A stretch of DNA of 47,721 bases from Candidatus Rifleibacteriota bacterium (GCA_051747585.1 JBNJGH010000012.1:1-47721), one strand, 5' to 3'; shown: positions 1-10,014, numbered from the stretch's first letter. Numbers and translations: made by a program. Notes: generated by a model not told the origin, from the sequence alone.

Positions 1-180
1 TCTGAGCCCTCGGTGGCCTCAGTGGTTTAAATTCTATATTTGACAGAAAGAAATAAAACCAGAACTTTTTGTAACCAGCTAATAATAATTGACCGAGAAC
101 TGCTGATTAGTTGCACTAAAGGGCCTGTCGCATTAAAAAATCGGTTGTCGGGGTCGGGATCGGAATTCGCTTTTCGAAGT
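1..180. repeat. Intergenic mosaic of REP-like/short repeats (CTCGGTGGCCTCAGTGG-type element, 32-bp dispersed repeat, TCGNNN hexamer run)
   Basis: 1-28 TCTGAGCCCTCGGTGGCCTCAGTGGTTT; 73-104 matches the reverse complement of 44085-44116 at 28/32; about 148-177 TCGGGG TCGGGA TCGGAA TTCGCT TTTCGA. Confidence 0.45.
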
Positions 181-225
181 TTTTTTAAATGATTTTAATA
201 TTTAATAAAAAACAAATAAATAAAA

Positions 226-507
226 TTATTTAATGGGTGAAAAATAGAGGCATTGTTTCCCTGAATTGTTAAAAACTACCTGGCTTGGAATCTGGGCAGA
301 TTTAAAACCATGTGCCCTGCAACCATAAGGGGTAGACTTTTCCCAGGTAATAAAGAAATAATTGCATTTATGGCAATCTATGCGATTGAAATTACCCTTT
401 TTTGCTTTTTTCTTTTTTAAATTGGCAAGTCTGAAATTTACTTTTCTTGATTGTTGTTTAATGGTGCGCTCAAACAACTTTTTGAGTTGAGGATCAGGTT
501 TTTTCAT
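226..507 (-). CDS. Small 4-Cys protein (CxxC..FFITW..PYGC..GFKS..PS..C family, often loosely labelled uracil-DNA glycosylase) with a basic N-terminus
   Basis: IDCHKCNYFFITWEKSTPYGCRAHGFKSAQIPSQVVFNNSGKQCLYF matches a widespread small Cys-rich family; far too short for a UDG. Confidence 0.7.
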   Translation of the reverse strand: MKKPDPQLKKLFERTIKQQSRKVNFRLANLKKKKAKKGNFNRIDCHKCNYFFITWEKSTPYGCRAHGFKSAQIPSQVVFNNSGKQCLYFSPIK

Positions 508-597
508 TAAAATTAATCAGCCCGTATTAAAACTTTTAAGACATTGAAATTTTAAAACATATTGACTTTGAAATCAAAAAATAAATACCTTTAAAGC

Positions 598-1860
598 ATG
601 ACAGCTGAAAAAATAGAAAAAATTTTCTGGTTGGTATTGATTTTCTGGATAATTTTGCGCCTGCTATTATTAGGGGCACAGTATTTCGGCAATACTGATC
701 CACAATATTACTCGCGGGTTAAGCAACACTTTACCGATCAGCAGATAAAAAGCGGAAAAGAGTATTCCCTTTATGGCTTCTGGGTTAAATTTGTGTATGG
801 CTTTTTGTATGTCGGTATACTTGTACTGATGTTGCGCCTGGGCATATTTTCGAGAATTTATCAGAGCATTACCGACTATTGTGGAGAAGGTCTGCTAAAA
901 AATGAACTTTGTTTTACAGTTTTTCTTTTGGCCTTTATGCAGCTCTTAAGTCTTCCATATTCTTATTACATGGGTTATATGCGTGAAGTCAGTATGGGTT
1001 TTTCCAATTTGTCTTCGTCAGGCTGGTTTCTAAGGTATTTTAAAGCTTCAATAATAAATATATTGATTCAGTCTGTGGGGATAGTTCTTTTGTTAAAGGT
1101 TATACGAATATCAGGAGAAAAATGGTTTATAAGTGTTCCTGTTTTTGCAGGAATTTTTATTACCACAATTATAGTTTTATCTCCTGTACTGGTTACTCCT
1201 TTATTTTATGAGCAGAAACCATTAAAAGATGGCGAGTTGCGCAGCAAAATATTAAAAATTGCAGAAAAAGCCGATATGAAGACAGATAAAATTTTTGTTA
1301 TTAATGAAAGCAAATTTTCGAAACATACAAACGCATATTTTACCGGCATTGGTCCGTATCGCCGCATTGTTCTTTATGATAATCTAATTAACAGTCATAC
1401 TGTCGATGAAGCTGCTTTGATTTTTGCACATGAAGCAGGTCACTGGAAACATAATCATGTAGCCAAAGGAATCACCAGCGGTATTATTTCAATATTCTTG
1501 ATTTGTCTGCTGCTGAAACTTATTTATCCAAGTTTACACCAGGTTCATTGGTTTGGCTTGAAGGAACTCGCCAGCGCGGCAAATCTTCCATTTTTTCTTG
1601 TAGTTATGATTTTGTTTCAACTTTTCACTGCCCCTGTAGAAAGTCAAATAAGCCAGTATATGGAACGGCAGGCCGATAGAGCAGCCTTACAATTGACCGG
1701 ATTGAAAAATGTATATATCAGTGCCGCAAAAAAACTGGCTCTTGATAATAAAACCGATCTCTTGCCTTCTCGGTTCAGGGTTTTCTGGTTATACAGCCAC
1801 CCTCCGACTATTGAAAGAATCGAACTTTCAAACTCTTTCAACAGCCGTAAGAATAACTGA
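598..1860 (+). CDS. M48 family (Ste24/CAAX prenyl protease-like) membrane zinc metallopeptidase
   Basis: Multiple TM helices, NAYFTG, HEAGH (HExxH), ERQAD, YSHPP..ERI. Confidence 0.93.
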   Translation: MTAEKIEKIFWLVLIFWIILRLLLLGAQYFGNTDPQYYSRVKQHFTDQQIKSGKEYSLYGFWVKFVYGFLYVGILVLMLRLGIFSRIYQSITDYCGEGLLKNELCFTVFLLAFMQLLSLPYSYYMGYMREVSMGFSNLSSSGWFLRYFKASIINILIQSVGIVLLLKVIRISGEKWFISVPVFAGIFITTIIVLSPVLVTPLFYEQKPLKDGELRSKILKIAEKADMKTDKIFVINESKFSKHTNAYFTGIGPYRRIVLYDNLINSHTVDEAALIFAHEAGHWKHNHVAKGITSGIISIFLICLLLKLIYPSLHQVHWFGLKELASAANLPFFLVVMILFQLFTAPVESQISQYMERQADRAALQLTGLKNVYISAAKKLALDNKTDLLPSRFRVFWLYSHPPTIERIELSNSFNSRKNN

Positions 1861-1868
1861 AATGAAAC

Positions 1869-3314
1869 TCAGACTATGCTTTCCTGATCGTTTAAAGACA
1901 ATAAGAGCTTGTCGAGACCAAACTCTTTTTTGAAGCGATTGGAAAAATCTACAATTTTAACTACATCCTGATTTAGTTCCCACTTGGAACTCTGTCCTGT
2001 TAGAAGCGTGCATACCATATCGTTGCGGGTAACAGGTCCCTTAGCTTGAACATTGTGCAGGGTTTTAGCAAACTCTTCTTTTCCGCTTTCGATCCATCTT
2101 CCAGCCAGATCAGCTTTTGCGGGTTCATCGTCGAAAGTAGGAAGAAAAAGTCCTATTGATTGATCGAACAATATCGCTTGTGCCTGATCCCGGCAAATTT
2201 CTGCCAGTGGGTGGTCGGGCTGGCGCTGACATAAAAGCTGAGTGTTAGGCTCCCGCTTTCCTTCAAGTTCTTTTCTATATGGTATTTCAAAACTGATTCG
2301 TTCGCGGTCATGTTCTGATATCAGGCTTTCTTTGGTTGGATCATCGGTAAGGTGATTCACTCCAAAAATTACTTTTTCCGGTTTAACTTTCCAGCCTCTT
2401 CTGGTTTTATCGAAATGATCCATTAAGCCTGCAATCGAAACGTTCTTGCTTGAAATAAGATAAACAATTTTATCGCAACTTTGAACTATTTCTTTGGTAA
2501 CTTTTGTATACATGGAGCTGGAGTCGACAACTATGTATTCAAAGTTTTCCATCACCGTTTGCATAAGCGAGAAAGTATGGAATTCTTTAAGGCGGATATC
2601 GGTAAGACCATTTTCTTGCGGCAATAGCGTCAGCAGGCCGCAGGGGGCTTTAACTACATATTTTTTCAAATAATTGATTTTTTCGCGGTCAACCAGCTCA
2701 TCTATTATATGTGACCTTTCTTCAATTCCCAGTAGCCTTGCCACACGATCGTCACGCAGGTTAGGGTCGTAAAGAAGCACTTCTTTGCCAAGAAGATTCT
2801 GCATTGACAGGGCGAGATTGCGGGCGAAAAGACTTTTTCCGGAGCTGGTATCGGGCCCAAGAACTGCATATACATTGTATTTTTTTGTTTGGGGAGCACC
2901 CAGATTGGTTCGTGATAACCTGTTACAAAGTGTTTTAATAATACTGAGACAAACAGCCGGATTAGTTTTTAAAAGTTCTGCAAAACCATCTTTTTTTATT
3001 CTAATGCATTCTGTCTCAGCAAGGGCCACTGCCGAGGCATTTCTTGGCTGGTCGGTAAGTAGTGCCATTTCACCAAAGTATTCGCCAAGTTTGAGATGGG
3101 TAAGAATTTTGCGCCCACCTTTGCCATCATCACAAAAGATCTGAACAATGCCGGATTTAATTATATACATAGAATCAGCTTGCTGGCCTTCTTTGCAAAT
3201 ATAGGCATCACGAACAAATTTTATTTCATCTGCCTGCTCACTGATATTTTCAAGTTCTTCATCATTTAAATCTGAAAAAAGAGAAACACCTTTTAAAAAA
3301 TCGGTATGTACCAT
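1869..3314 (-). CDS. cNMP-binding domain fused to a CpaE/MinD-like P-loop domain
   Basis: N-terminal FGEMALL..PRNAS cNMP cassette; then GPDTSSGKS, VLLYD, YIVVD. Start placed at ATG 3314 behind AGAGGAG (ORF track starts at 3335). Confidence 0.8.
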   Translation of the reverse strand: MVHTDFLKGVSLFSDLNDEELENISEQADEIKFVRDAYICKEGQQADSMYIIKSGIVQIFCDDGKGGRKILTHLKLGEYFGEMALLTDQPRNASAVALAETECIRIKKDGFAELLKTNPAVCLSIIKTLCNRLSRTNLGAPQTKKYNVYAVLGPDTSSGKSLFARNLALSMQNLLGKEVLLYDPNLRDDRVARLLGIEERSHIIDELVDREKINYLKKYVVKAPCGLLTLLPQENGLTDIRLKEFHTFSLMQTVMENFEYIVVDSSSMYTKVTKEIVQSCDKIVYLISSKNVSIAGLMDHFDKTRRGWKVKPEKVIFGVNHLTDDPTKESLISEHDRERISFEIPYRKELEGKREPNTQLLCQRQPDHPLAEICRDQAQAILFDQSIGLFLPTFDDEPAKADLAGRWIESGKEEFAKTLHNVQAKGPVTRNDMVCTLLTGQSSKWELNQDVVKIVDFSNRFKKEFGLDKLLLSLNDQESIV

Positions 3315-3349
3315 TTCATCTCCTCTGAAAAGCATACTTTAATATTACA

Positions 3350-3378
3350 ATGCTACCGATGACTGATAGTGCTGTCAA
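3350..3378 (-). promoter_or_regulatory. Sigma70-type promoter of the cNMP/CpaE-like gene
   Basis: Minus strand TTGACA-17 nt-TAGCAT. Confidence 0.65.
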
Positions 3379-4917
3379 TTAGTTGTTGCCGACAAATATA
3401 TCTTGAGTTCTAAACTGAAGTGCTTCGGCAATGTGCTCAGATTTGATTTGCAGGCTTTTATCCAAATCAGCAATAGTCCTTGCCACTCTGATGATTTTAT
3501 CATACCCCCTTGCAGAAAGGCCATAACGTCTTGCGGCAGAGATTAGCAGGCGGGTTTCATCATTCCCAAGATTACAAATTTTATCGAGTTTTTTAGCTGG
3601 AATTGCTGCATTTAAGCCAACCTTGTGGCGTTTATTTCGTTTTAATTGAAATTTTCGTGATTTTTCAACTCTTTTTCTTACTTTCGCTGAGGTTTCGCCG
3701 GACTTTTTGGCCGCAAGCTCATCAGGAGCTAACCTGGGAACTATAACCTGCAGATCGATTCGGTCGAGCAGTGGCCCTGATAATTTTCTCTGGTATTGTT
3801 GCATTTGGTTGCTTGAGCATACACAATCTTTGAGAGGGTCTGTTCTAAAGCCGCAGGGGCATGGATTCATTGCAGCAATAAACATAAAACTGGCGGGAAA
3901 AATACTTGTTTGATTTGCCCGTGAAATTGTTACTTGTCCTGATGTAATGGGTTCTCGCAGAACTTCGAGAACTGCTTTGGAAAACTCTGGAAGCTCGTCT
4001 AAAAAAAGTACACCGTGATGAGCCAATGATACCTCGCCTGGAGCAGGAATTCGTCCGCCTCCGATCATTCCGATATTTGAAATTGTGTGGTGGGGATCGC
4101 GAAAGGGGCGATTATAAATCAGGCCGCATCCTGGAGTGAGCAGTCCTTTTATACTGTAAATCCTGGTTACATCAAGCGCCTCTTCAAATGACAGGGGAGG
4201 TAATATCGTGGGCAGAGCTCGAGCTAATAATGTTTTACCTGCACCGGGAGGCCCGGCGAAAATAAGATTGTGTCCTCCGGCGGCAGCAATTTCAAGAGCC
4301 CGACGGGCAAAAGATTGCCCTTTAATGGCTTCAAGCTCAATGTGATTAAAGTTCTGGTTACTTTTTTTCAGGTTTTTTTTGCTGCCCTTCTCAGGCTCGG
4401 GTTTCCCCGATTCAGAAAAAGCTTCTATGAGGTCTTTTAGATTTGAAAAAGAATAAACTTTAATGCCCGGAACCACTATGGCCTCATCAAAATTCTCTGA
4501 AGGAATAACCACACCCTTGAAATTTTTCTGGCAGGCCAGCAGGGTTATGGGCAAAATTCCTCGTGTGTGGCGCAGCTCACCATTAAGGCTCAATTCACCA
4601 ATAAATATCAAATCTTCGATTTTTTTTAAGTCTATTTTCTGTTCGGCTGCAAGAATCGAAGCTGCAACTGCCAGGTCGATTCCTGACCCCTCTTTGGGAA
4701 GATCTGCCGGGGCAAGATTAATAGTAATTTTGCCGCCCGGCATAGGATAGCCGGAATTTTTCATTGCCGCCTTCAAGCGTTCTTTTGACTCTGAGATTGA
4801 TGCATCAGGTAAACCTACCAGGGTAAAACCTGGTAATCCGCCACCGATGTCAGTTTCCACCTGTACAGGTAAGGCGTCGAAGCCTGAAATTGTTGCAGAA
4901 AATATCTTGGCAAACAT
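3379..4917 (-). CDS. comM: YifB/ComM Mg-chelatase-like AAA+ ATPase
   Basis: GLPGFTLVGLPD, ITINLAPADLPKEG, GPPGAGKT, PFRDPHHT, GEVSLAHHGVLFLDE, AMNPCPCG, SGPLLDRID. Confidence 0.95.
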   Translation of the reverse strand: MFAKIFSATISGFDALPVQVETDIGGGLPGFTLVGLPDASISESKERLKAAMKNSGYPMPGGKITINLAPADLPKEGSGIDLAVAASILAAEQKIDLKKIEDLIFIGELSLNGELRHTRGILPITLLACQKNFKGVVIPSENFDEAIVVPGIKVYSFSNLKDLIEAFSESGKPEPEKGSKKNLKKSNQNFNHIELEAIKGQSFARRALEIAAAGGHNLIFAGPPGAGKTLLARALPTILPPLSFEEALDVTRIYSIKGLLTPGCGLIYNRPFRDPHHTISNIGMIGGGRIPAPGEVSLAHHGVLFLDELPEFSKAVLEVLREPITSGQVTISRANQTSIFPASFMFIAAMNPCPCGFRTDPLKDCVCSSNQMQQYQRKLSGPLLDRIDLQVIVPRLAPDELAAKKSGETSAKVRKRVEKSRKFQLKRNKRHKVGLNAAIPAKKLDKICNLGNDETRLLISAARRYGLSARGYDKIIRVARTIADLDKSLQIKSEHIAEALQFRTQDIFVGNN

Positions 4918-5010
4918 GCTTAACTCATTTATTCGTTGAAATCAGCCGATATAGAATTATACTTGTAATGTTACCAGCAAATTATTAACTGATGCAATGA
5001 GGATTTAAGG

Positions 5011-6408
5011 ATGAATGAAAAGACTGAGCATAAAAGTAAAAATAATACTGAAGACGAATTTTTTACTGATGCCCAGCTGGATTTTGATACATCTTTTGAA
5101 GATGCTTTAATTCTGGAAAAATTTGAGGTTGCCAAACGGCAGCTGCAGGAATTTAAAAAAAGCTATGGAGAAACAGCTTCTTACCTTCATAGACTGGGGC
5201 GCCTGGAAGAAAAACGTGGTAACATCAAAGAAGCTTATGATATTTTTAAAAAACTGTTTTATGAAGTTCCCGTATTTATGCGGGATAAATACGAGCTTAT
5301 AAATCTCAAACGAGAGCATATTCAGAACAAAATTGACAAGGCAAGGGCACAGTGGAATCAGATTGTTGCCAGAGCTTCCAGATTTATGGAAGAAAATCCC
5401 GAAGATCATGGCAAAGAAAACAGTAAGCCATATGTGCGCATGTTTTGGGACAAACATTACAAAGATATTGAATCTGTGGCTGAAATGTTCCTTGAAATTT
5501 TAAAAATTGAAGAACATGAATTGTCGGCTATTCTGGGTTTGGTGCAATGTTATTCAGAACTGAGTTATCAGGAAAAAACCAGCTTTTATAAGACCAGAGT
5601 TGTAGAAGCTAAAAAATACTGGAAAGCCATGGTCAGTAAAAGAAGCCAGGCTGTAGAAAAAGCGGCAAAAAAGCAGGAAGACAGTAATAATTATGACAAT
5701 GTTATAACAGTTGTAAATCTTGGTCTTGAAACTGAGCCGGGCAATCCGATTCTTCTGGTCATGAAAGCTGATGCTTTAATGAAACTGGGTCATTATCAAG
5801 ACGCTTTAGCATGCGTTTATGCTGTTTTAAAGGCAAAACCACATGATACCAGAGCAATCAGACTTAAGAAGACTATTGAAGCGCATCAGTTTGAGTATAA
5901 TTTAAAACAGGGATTGGATTTTCTTTTTCGAGCAGAACAGGAAAAACCTCAGAGTCCTGCACAAATGACAAGAATAGAAAGTGCTTTAAGCTATTTTCTA
6001 GATGCTCTGGCCTTTGACCCACAAAATTTAAGTGCTTTGGCGGGGATTTATCGTTGTCATATCAGATCGGGCCAGCCTCTTAAAGCACAGAAAACCCTTG
6101 AAAGAATAAGAGAAATTGATTCTAGTTTCGATGTTTATTCCATTTTTCGGGATAAAAAAGATAAACAAGCTGATACCGAAGGATGTTTTATAGCTACCAG
6201 GCTATATGGTGAAATACATCCTGTAACCGAAGTTTTGCGAAAATTTCGCAGCAAAGTTTTACGAAAAACTTTTCCCGGCAGAGTTTTTATTAGATTATAC
6301 CGACGGGTTGGCCCGGCATTGGCAGAATTGCCCGGCAAAAGCCCCCTTTATAAAATTTTACGCTACCTTATAGGAGCTTTTGCCGATATCTGCAAAAGAT
6401 ATAATTAG
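5011..6408 (+). CDS. TPR protein with C-terminal CFI-box-CTERM domain
   Basis: TPR-like helical repeats; C-terminal GCFIATRLYG..VLRKFR..L..PGRVFIRLYRRVGP. Confidence 0.85.
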   Translation: MNEKTEHKSKNNTEDEFFTDAQLDFDTSFEDALILEKFEVAKRQLQEFKKSYGETASYLHRLGRLEEKRGNIKEAYDIFKKLFYEVPVFMRDKYELINLKREHIQNKIDKARAQWNQIVARASRFMEENPEDHGKENSKPYVRMFWDKHYKDIESVAEMFLEILKIEEHELSAILGLVQCYSELSYQEKTSFYKTRVVEAKKYWKAMVSKRSQAVEKAAKKQEDSNNYDNVITVVNLGLETEPGNPILLVMKADALMKLGHYQDALACVYAVLKAKPHDTRAIRLKKTIEAHQFEYNLKQGLDFLFRAEQEKPQSPAQMTRIESALSYFLDALAFDPQNLSALAGIYRCHIRSGQPLKAQKTLERIREIDSSFDVYSIFRDKKDKQADTEGCFIATRLYGEIHPVTEVLRKFRSKVLRKTFPGRVFIRLYRRVGPALAELPGKSPLYKILRYLIGAFADICKRYN

Positions 6409-7295
6409 TTTATATCGCCTGCAACAAGACCTAGTTTAATTGAATTAATTCTTGTTTCTTTGCTGTCAGACCTCGATAGCATAATTACCGGACATTTAGC
6501 ACCCGCAATCATACCGCCGGCTTTTACATCGGTCAGATAAAGCAGAGACTTACCAAGAATATTACCTGTGTCTATATCGGGAGCAACCAGAATATCGGCT
6601 TTACCGACAACTTCGTTAAACAGGCCTTTATGATGGGCAGACTCAAGCGAGATCGCATTGTCAAGAGCCAGGGGGCCTTCTACGATAATGTCTTTGCCGA
6701 GCTGCTTTCTTTCACCCATTTTTGAAAGAATAGCAGCATCGATTGTGCTGGCCATTTTGGGGTTTACCTTTTCTACAGCTGAAAGCACTGCCACTCGGGG
6801 TACTTCTACACCAAGGTTTTTGGCTATAGTTTTGGCATTTTTTATAATTCCAATTTTTTCATCGAGATTGGGATGAGTAATCATTCCGCCATCAGTCAGG
6901 AACTTTAGATTGTTTTCCCATTCATAAACCAGAATATGTGATAAAACATTGGAATCTTTTATACCGGTTTCTGAGTTGAGCACTGCTTTTAAAAGAATGG
7001 GAGTTGAAATACTGCCTTTCATAAGGGCTTTTGCCCTGTTCTGTCTGACCAGTTCAACTGATTTAAATGCTGCTTCTTCAGGGGTTGTGGCGTTAATAAT
7101 TTCAGGGTTGAAGCCCGGTGCGACTTTTGGCAAAAAACTTTTAATAATTTCCTGATTGCCTACAAATATACATTCGACAAAGCCTAGATTGGTAGCTTCG
7201 TAGGCTGCAGAAATAGTGTCAGGATCTTCGGGCATACAAATTGCCAGGGGAATTTTCCTGGTTTCCAGTTTTTTATCTAGTTCAGCGAAATTCAT
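6405..7295 (-). CDS. ptb: Phosphate butyryltransferase
   Basis: ALMKG, LSAVEKVNPKM.STIDAA, EGPLALDNA, GNILGKS, SRSDS; follows butyrate kinase. Start placed at ATG 7295 behind AAAGGA. Confidence 0.9.
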   Translation of the reverse strand: MNFAELDKKLETRKIPLAICMPEDPDTISAAYEATNLGFVECIFVGNQEIIKSFLPKVAPGFNPEIINATTPEEAAFKSVELVRQNRAKALMKGSISTPILLKAVLNSETGIKDSNVLSHILVYEWENNLKFLTDGGMITHPNLDEKIGIIKNAKTIAKNLGVEVPRVAVLSAVEKVNPKMASTIDAAILSKMGERKQLGKDIIVEGPLALDNAISLESAHHKGLFNEVVGKADILVAPDIDTGNILGKSLLYLTDVKAGGMIAGAKCPVIMLSRSDSKETRINSIKLGLVAGDIN

Positions 7296-7311
7296 GTGTT
7301 TTTTTCCTTTC

Positions 7312-8382
7312 TCAGTAATCTTTGGCAACTTCAGGGTTGTTAATTGCATTGACTGCATGAAGAGCAAGAGACTTGAGTTCGTTTTGTCCAGGTTTTAAAA
7401 TAACAGGAGCAATAAAAGAAACTCTTTCTTTAATCCAGTTAACGACTTTTTCACTCTGGGCGACTCCGCCGGTTAAAATAATTCCGTCTACTTCACCTTT
7501 TAAAACGGTAGCCATTGCGCCAATTTCTTTAGCAATCTGATATGACATTGCTTCTAAAACAAGTCTGGCTTCTTTATCGCCTTCATCTATTTTTTTGCCA
7601 ATCTCACGGCAGTCTCCTGTTCCCAGATACGCAATCAATCCACCTTTTCCGATAAACTTTTTCTTAAGCTCCGGATATTTGTAATTTCCTGAACAGCAAA
7701 GCTTGAGCAACCCGGTTAAAGGTAAAGTTCCGCATCGCTCTGGCGAAAATGGACCGGCATCGTTCGCATTGTTTACATCGATCTGTCTGCCTTTGCGATG
7801 CGCAGCAATAGAAATTCCGCCACCAAGATGGGCAACGACATAATTAACATCTTCGGGACTTTTTCCGTTTTCATCGGCTACTTCTTTAACTACAGCCTTA
7901 ATATTTAAAGCATGTGATAAGGATAATCTCGGAAGTTCAGGATGACCACTGATTCTGGCTATATCTTCAAATTCATCTACTGATACGGGGTCGGCAATAA
8001 ACGAAGGAATCTTACTTTCTCTGGCAACTTTGAAAGCTATCAGGCCACCCAATATTGAGGCATGATCTACCAGTTTGCCTGATTGAAGATCTTGCATAAG
8101 GGCATTGCCTACTTTGTAAACACCGCCCCCGAGGGGTTTAAGAGGGCCGCCGCGGCCGATTGTTGCTGAAAGGTCGTCGGTCTTTACCTGCCATTCTTCA
8201 AGAGCCTGCTTTACTTTTTCCAGGCGAAAATCAAGTTGTTCAAGATTTGAAGAAAATTTCTCAAGCTCTTCAGGGGAATGGGTTAATTCGCGCTCTTTTA
8301 CTTCTTCGCTGTCTTTGAAGAGACCGATCTTGGTAGAGGTTGAACCAGGGTTAATAACAAGAATCAAATTAGCTTCGCTCAT
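7312..8382 (-). CDS. buk: Butyrate kinase
   Basis: INPGSTSTK, GRGG, DPVSVDE, HALN, HLGGGIS, GPFSPER, LTGG. Start at ATG 8382 behind GAGGA. Confidence 0.95.
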   Translation of the reverse strand: MSEANLILVINPGSTSTKIGLFKDSEEVKERELTHSPEELEKFSSNLEQLDFRLEKVKQALEEWQVKTDDLSATIGRGGPLKPLGGGVYKVGNALMQDLQSGKLVDHASILGGLIAFKVARESKIPSFIADPVSVDEFEDIARISGHPELPRLSLSHALNIKAVVKEVADENGKSPEDVNYVVAHLGGGISIAAHRKGRQIDVNNANDAGPFSPERCGTLPLTGLLKLCCSGNYKYPELKKKFIGKGGLIAYLGTGDCREIGKKIDEGDKEARLVLEAMSYQIAKEIGAMATVLKGEVDGIILTGGVAQSEKVVNWIKERVSFIAPVILKPGQNELKSLALHAVNAINNPEVAKDY

Positions 8383-8806
8383 TTCTATTCCTCGCTTCAA
8401 GTATTTTTTGCCAGGGAATCTTTCCTGCTGCTATTTTATCAGCCGGACAAAATTCCTGCAGCGGAAATTCATCCGGGTAGAACCATGTTACAAGTGGATT
8501 TGTGTTGGTTTTTGCCAGAAATTCTTTGTATTCGGCGGGTAAATAACATTTTATAAAATGCAATCTTACATTTTTTTCGGGGTATTTATGCTCGAGGCTT
8601 AATAATAATGTCTGTGGCTTGATATGTATGCTGAGTTCTTCGTCAATTTCTCGTTGGGCTGCTTGCGAAACGGTTTCGCCAAACTCAAGTTTTCCGCCGG
8701 GAAATTCCCAGAGATGGTGAAGTTTGTCGTCAGTTCTTCGGGCAAGTAATACCTTGCCTCTATGAATAATTACTGCAGCTGCAACATCGATAAATTGGCT
8801 GGACAT
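8369..8806 (-). CDS. MutT/NudG-like NUDIX (d)NTP pyrophosphohydrolase
   Basis: WEFPGGKLEFGET..AAQREIDEEL Nudix box; PAD motif; start overlaps the upstream stop (TGATG). Confidence 0.9.
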   Translation of the reverse strand: MSSQFIDVAAAVIIHRGKVLLARRTDDKLHHLWEFPGGKLEFGETVSQAAQREIDEELSIHIKPQTLLLSLEHKYPEKNVRLHFIKCYLPAEYKEFLAKTNTNPLVTWFYPDEFPLQEFCPADKIAAGKIPWQKILEARNRNERS

Positions 8807-9984
8807 CAGTTATTAATCCTCAAGAGCATACCTTTTAAATAACGACCTTCAGAATGCACCAGCGAAAATGGATGATCAGGTGCATGGTAAGCTTCTTTTA
8901 TAACCTGAAATCGTTTTTTACTTTTGACTGCGGCTTCTTTTACCGCCTCGAAAAATTCGTTTCTGTTAACCTGGCTGGTGCAGGATGCGGTAAACAAAAA
9001 ACCACCTTTTTTTACTCTTTTCATGCCAAGAGTATTGAGTCTTCGGTATGCTCGCTGCGCCTTTCTGGAGTCTTTACGGTTGCGAGCCATTGAAGGCGGA
9101 TCTAGAACTACCAGGTCATATTTCTCATTTTGATTTTGCAGATATTCATACATATCGGCGCAAACCAGTTCGTTAATGTTTTCTGAAAATCCGTTAAGTT
9201 CGAGATTTTTTTGTGCTTCATTAAGAGCGGGGCGGGCAATATCGACCGTAACCGTATTTTTTGCATTTCCTGCTGCGGCTGCTACTGTAAAAGCTCCGGT
9301 ATAGCCGCAAATATTTAAAAATGTTCGATGATTGGCCAGCTTTCTTATAAGATCCCGGTTGTCACGTTGATCAAGAAAAAAGCCGGTTTTCTGGCCATTA
9401 ACCAGATCCGTATAAAATTTCAGCCCGTTTTCTATAAAAATTATTTTTTGTGGTAGTTTTTTGCCTTTAATAAGCTTACTGCATTCCTGGCGGGCAAGTC
9501 TAATTTCGTTTCTCTGCCATATCCATTTTATTTGAGGAATGTTGTCTGCTAAAGTTTGGGCAATAACAGGCATTAAAGGTATTAAACCAGATGAATAAAT
9601 CTGCATGGATATGGCATCGCCATATTTGTCTGCGATCAAGCCGGGCAGAAAATCTCCTTCTCCGTTTATCAGCCTGAAGGCATTGGTTTCAGTGTCTGCA
9701 AAAAACTGGGTTCGTAGATTTAAAGCTTGTTTTATAAGCTGGGCGATACCATGCTCGATGTTCTGATCAGGGTCAATGGGAAGTAAGCGTACCGTAATTT
9801 TAGAATCAAGGTCAATGTAGCCGCATCCGACGTATTTGTTTTTATCAGAATAAACTTTAACAATGTCGGCGGTCTGTAATTCTTTTGGCAGTGATGCCAA
9901 GGCTTCCCGGTATATCCATGGATGTCCGGCGGCAATAGCCGACTCTTTGTTTTTTTTAAGGTACAGCTTCAATGTTTTTTTCAT
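8806..9984 (-). CDS. rlmI: RlmI-like PUA-domain SAM-dependent rRNA methyltransferase
   Basis: GHPWIY, RLINGEGDFLPGL, GQKTGFFLDQRDNR, YTGAF, LDPPS, DHP..EGRYLKG. Confidence 0.88.
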   Translation of the reverse strand: MKKTLKLYLKKNKESAIAAGHPWIYREALASLPKELQTADIVKVYSDKNKYVGCGYIDLDSKITVRLLPIDPDQNIEHGIAQLIKQALNLRTQFFADTETNAFRLINGEGDFLPGLIADKYGDAISMQIYSSGLIPLMPVIAQTLADNIPQIKWIWQRNEIRLARQECSKLIKGKKLPQKIIFIENGLKFYTDLVNGQKTGFFLDQRDNRDLIRKLANHRTFLNICGYTGAFTVAAAAGNAKNTVTVDIARPALNEAQKNLELNGFSENINELVCADMYEYLQNQNEKYDLVVLDPPSMARNRKDSRKAQRAYRRLNTLGMKRVKKGGFLFTASCTSQVNRNEFFEAVKEAAVKSKKRFQVIKEAYHAPDHPFSLVHSEGRYLKGMLLRINN

Positions 9985-10014
9985 TATTTATTAGTCCTTT
10001 ATCGAGCAGCTTAC

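Noticed and set aside
116..140. IS5-like terminal repeat GGGCCTGTCGCATTAA
   Set aside because: No partner end or transposase seen in the window
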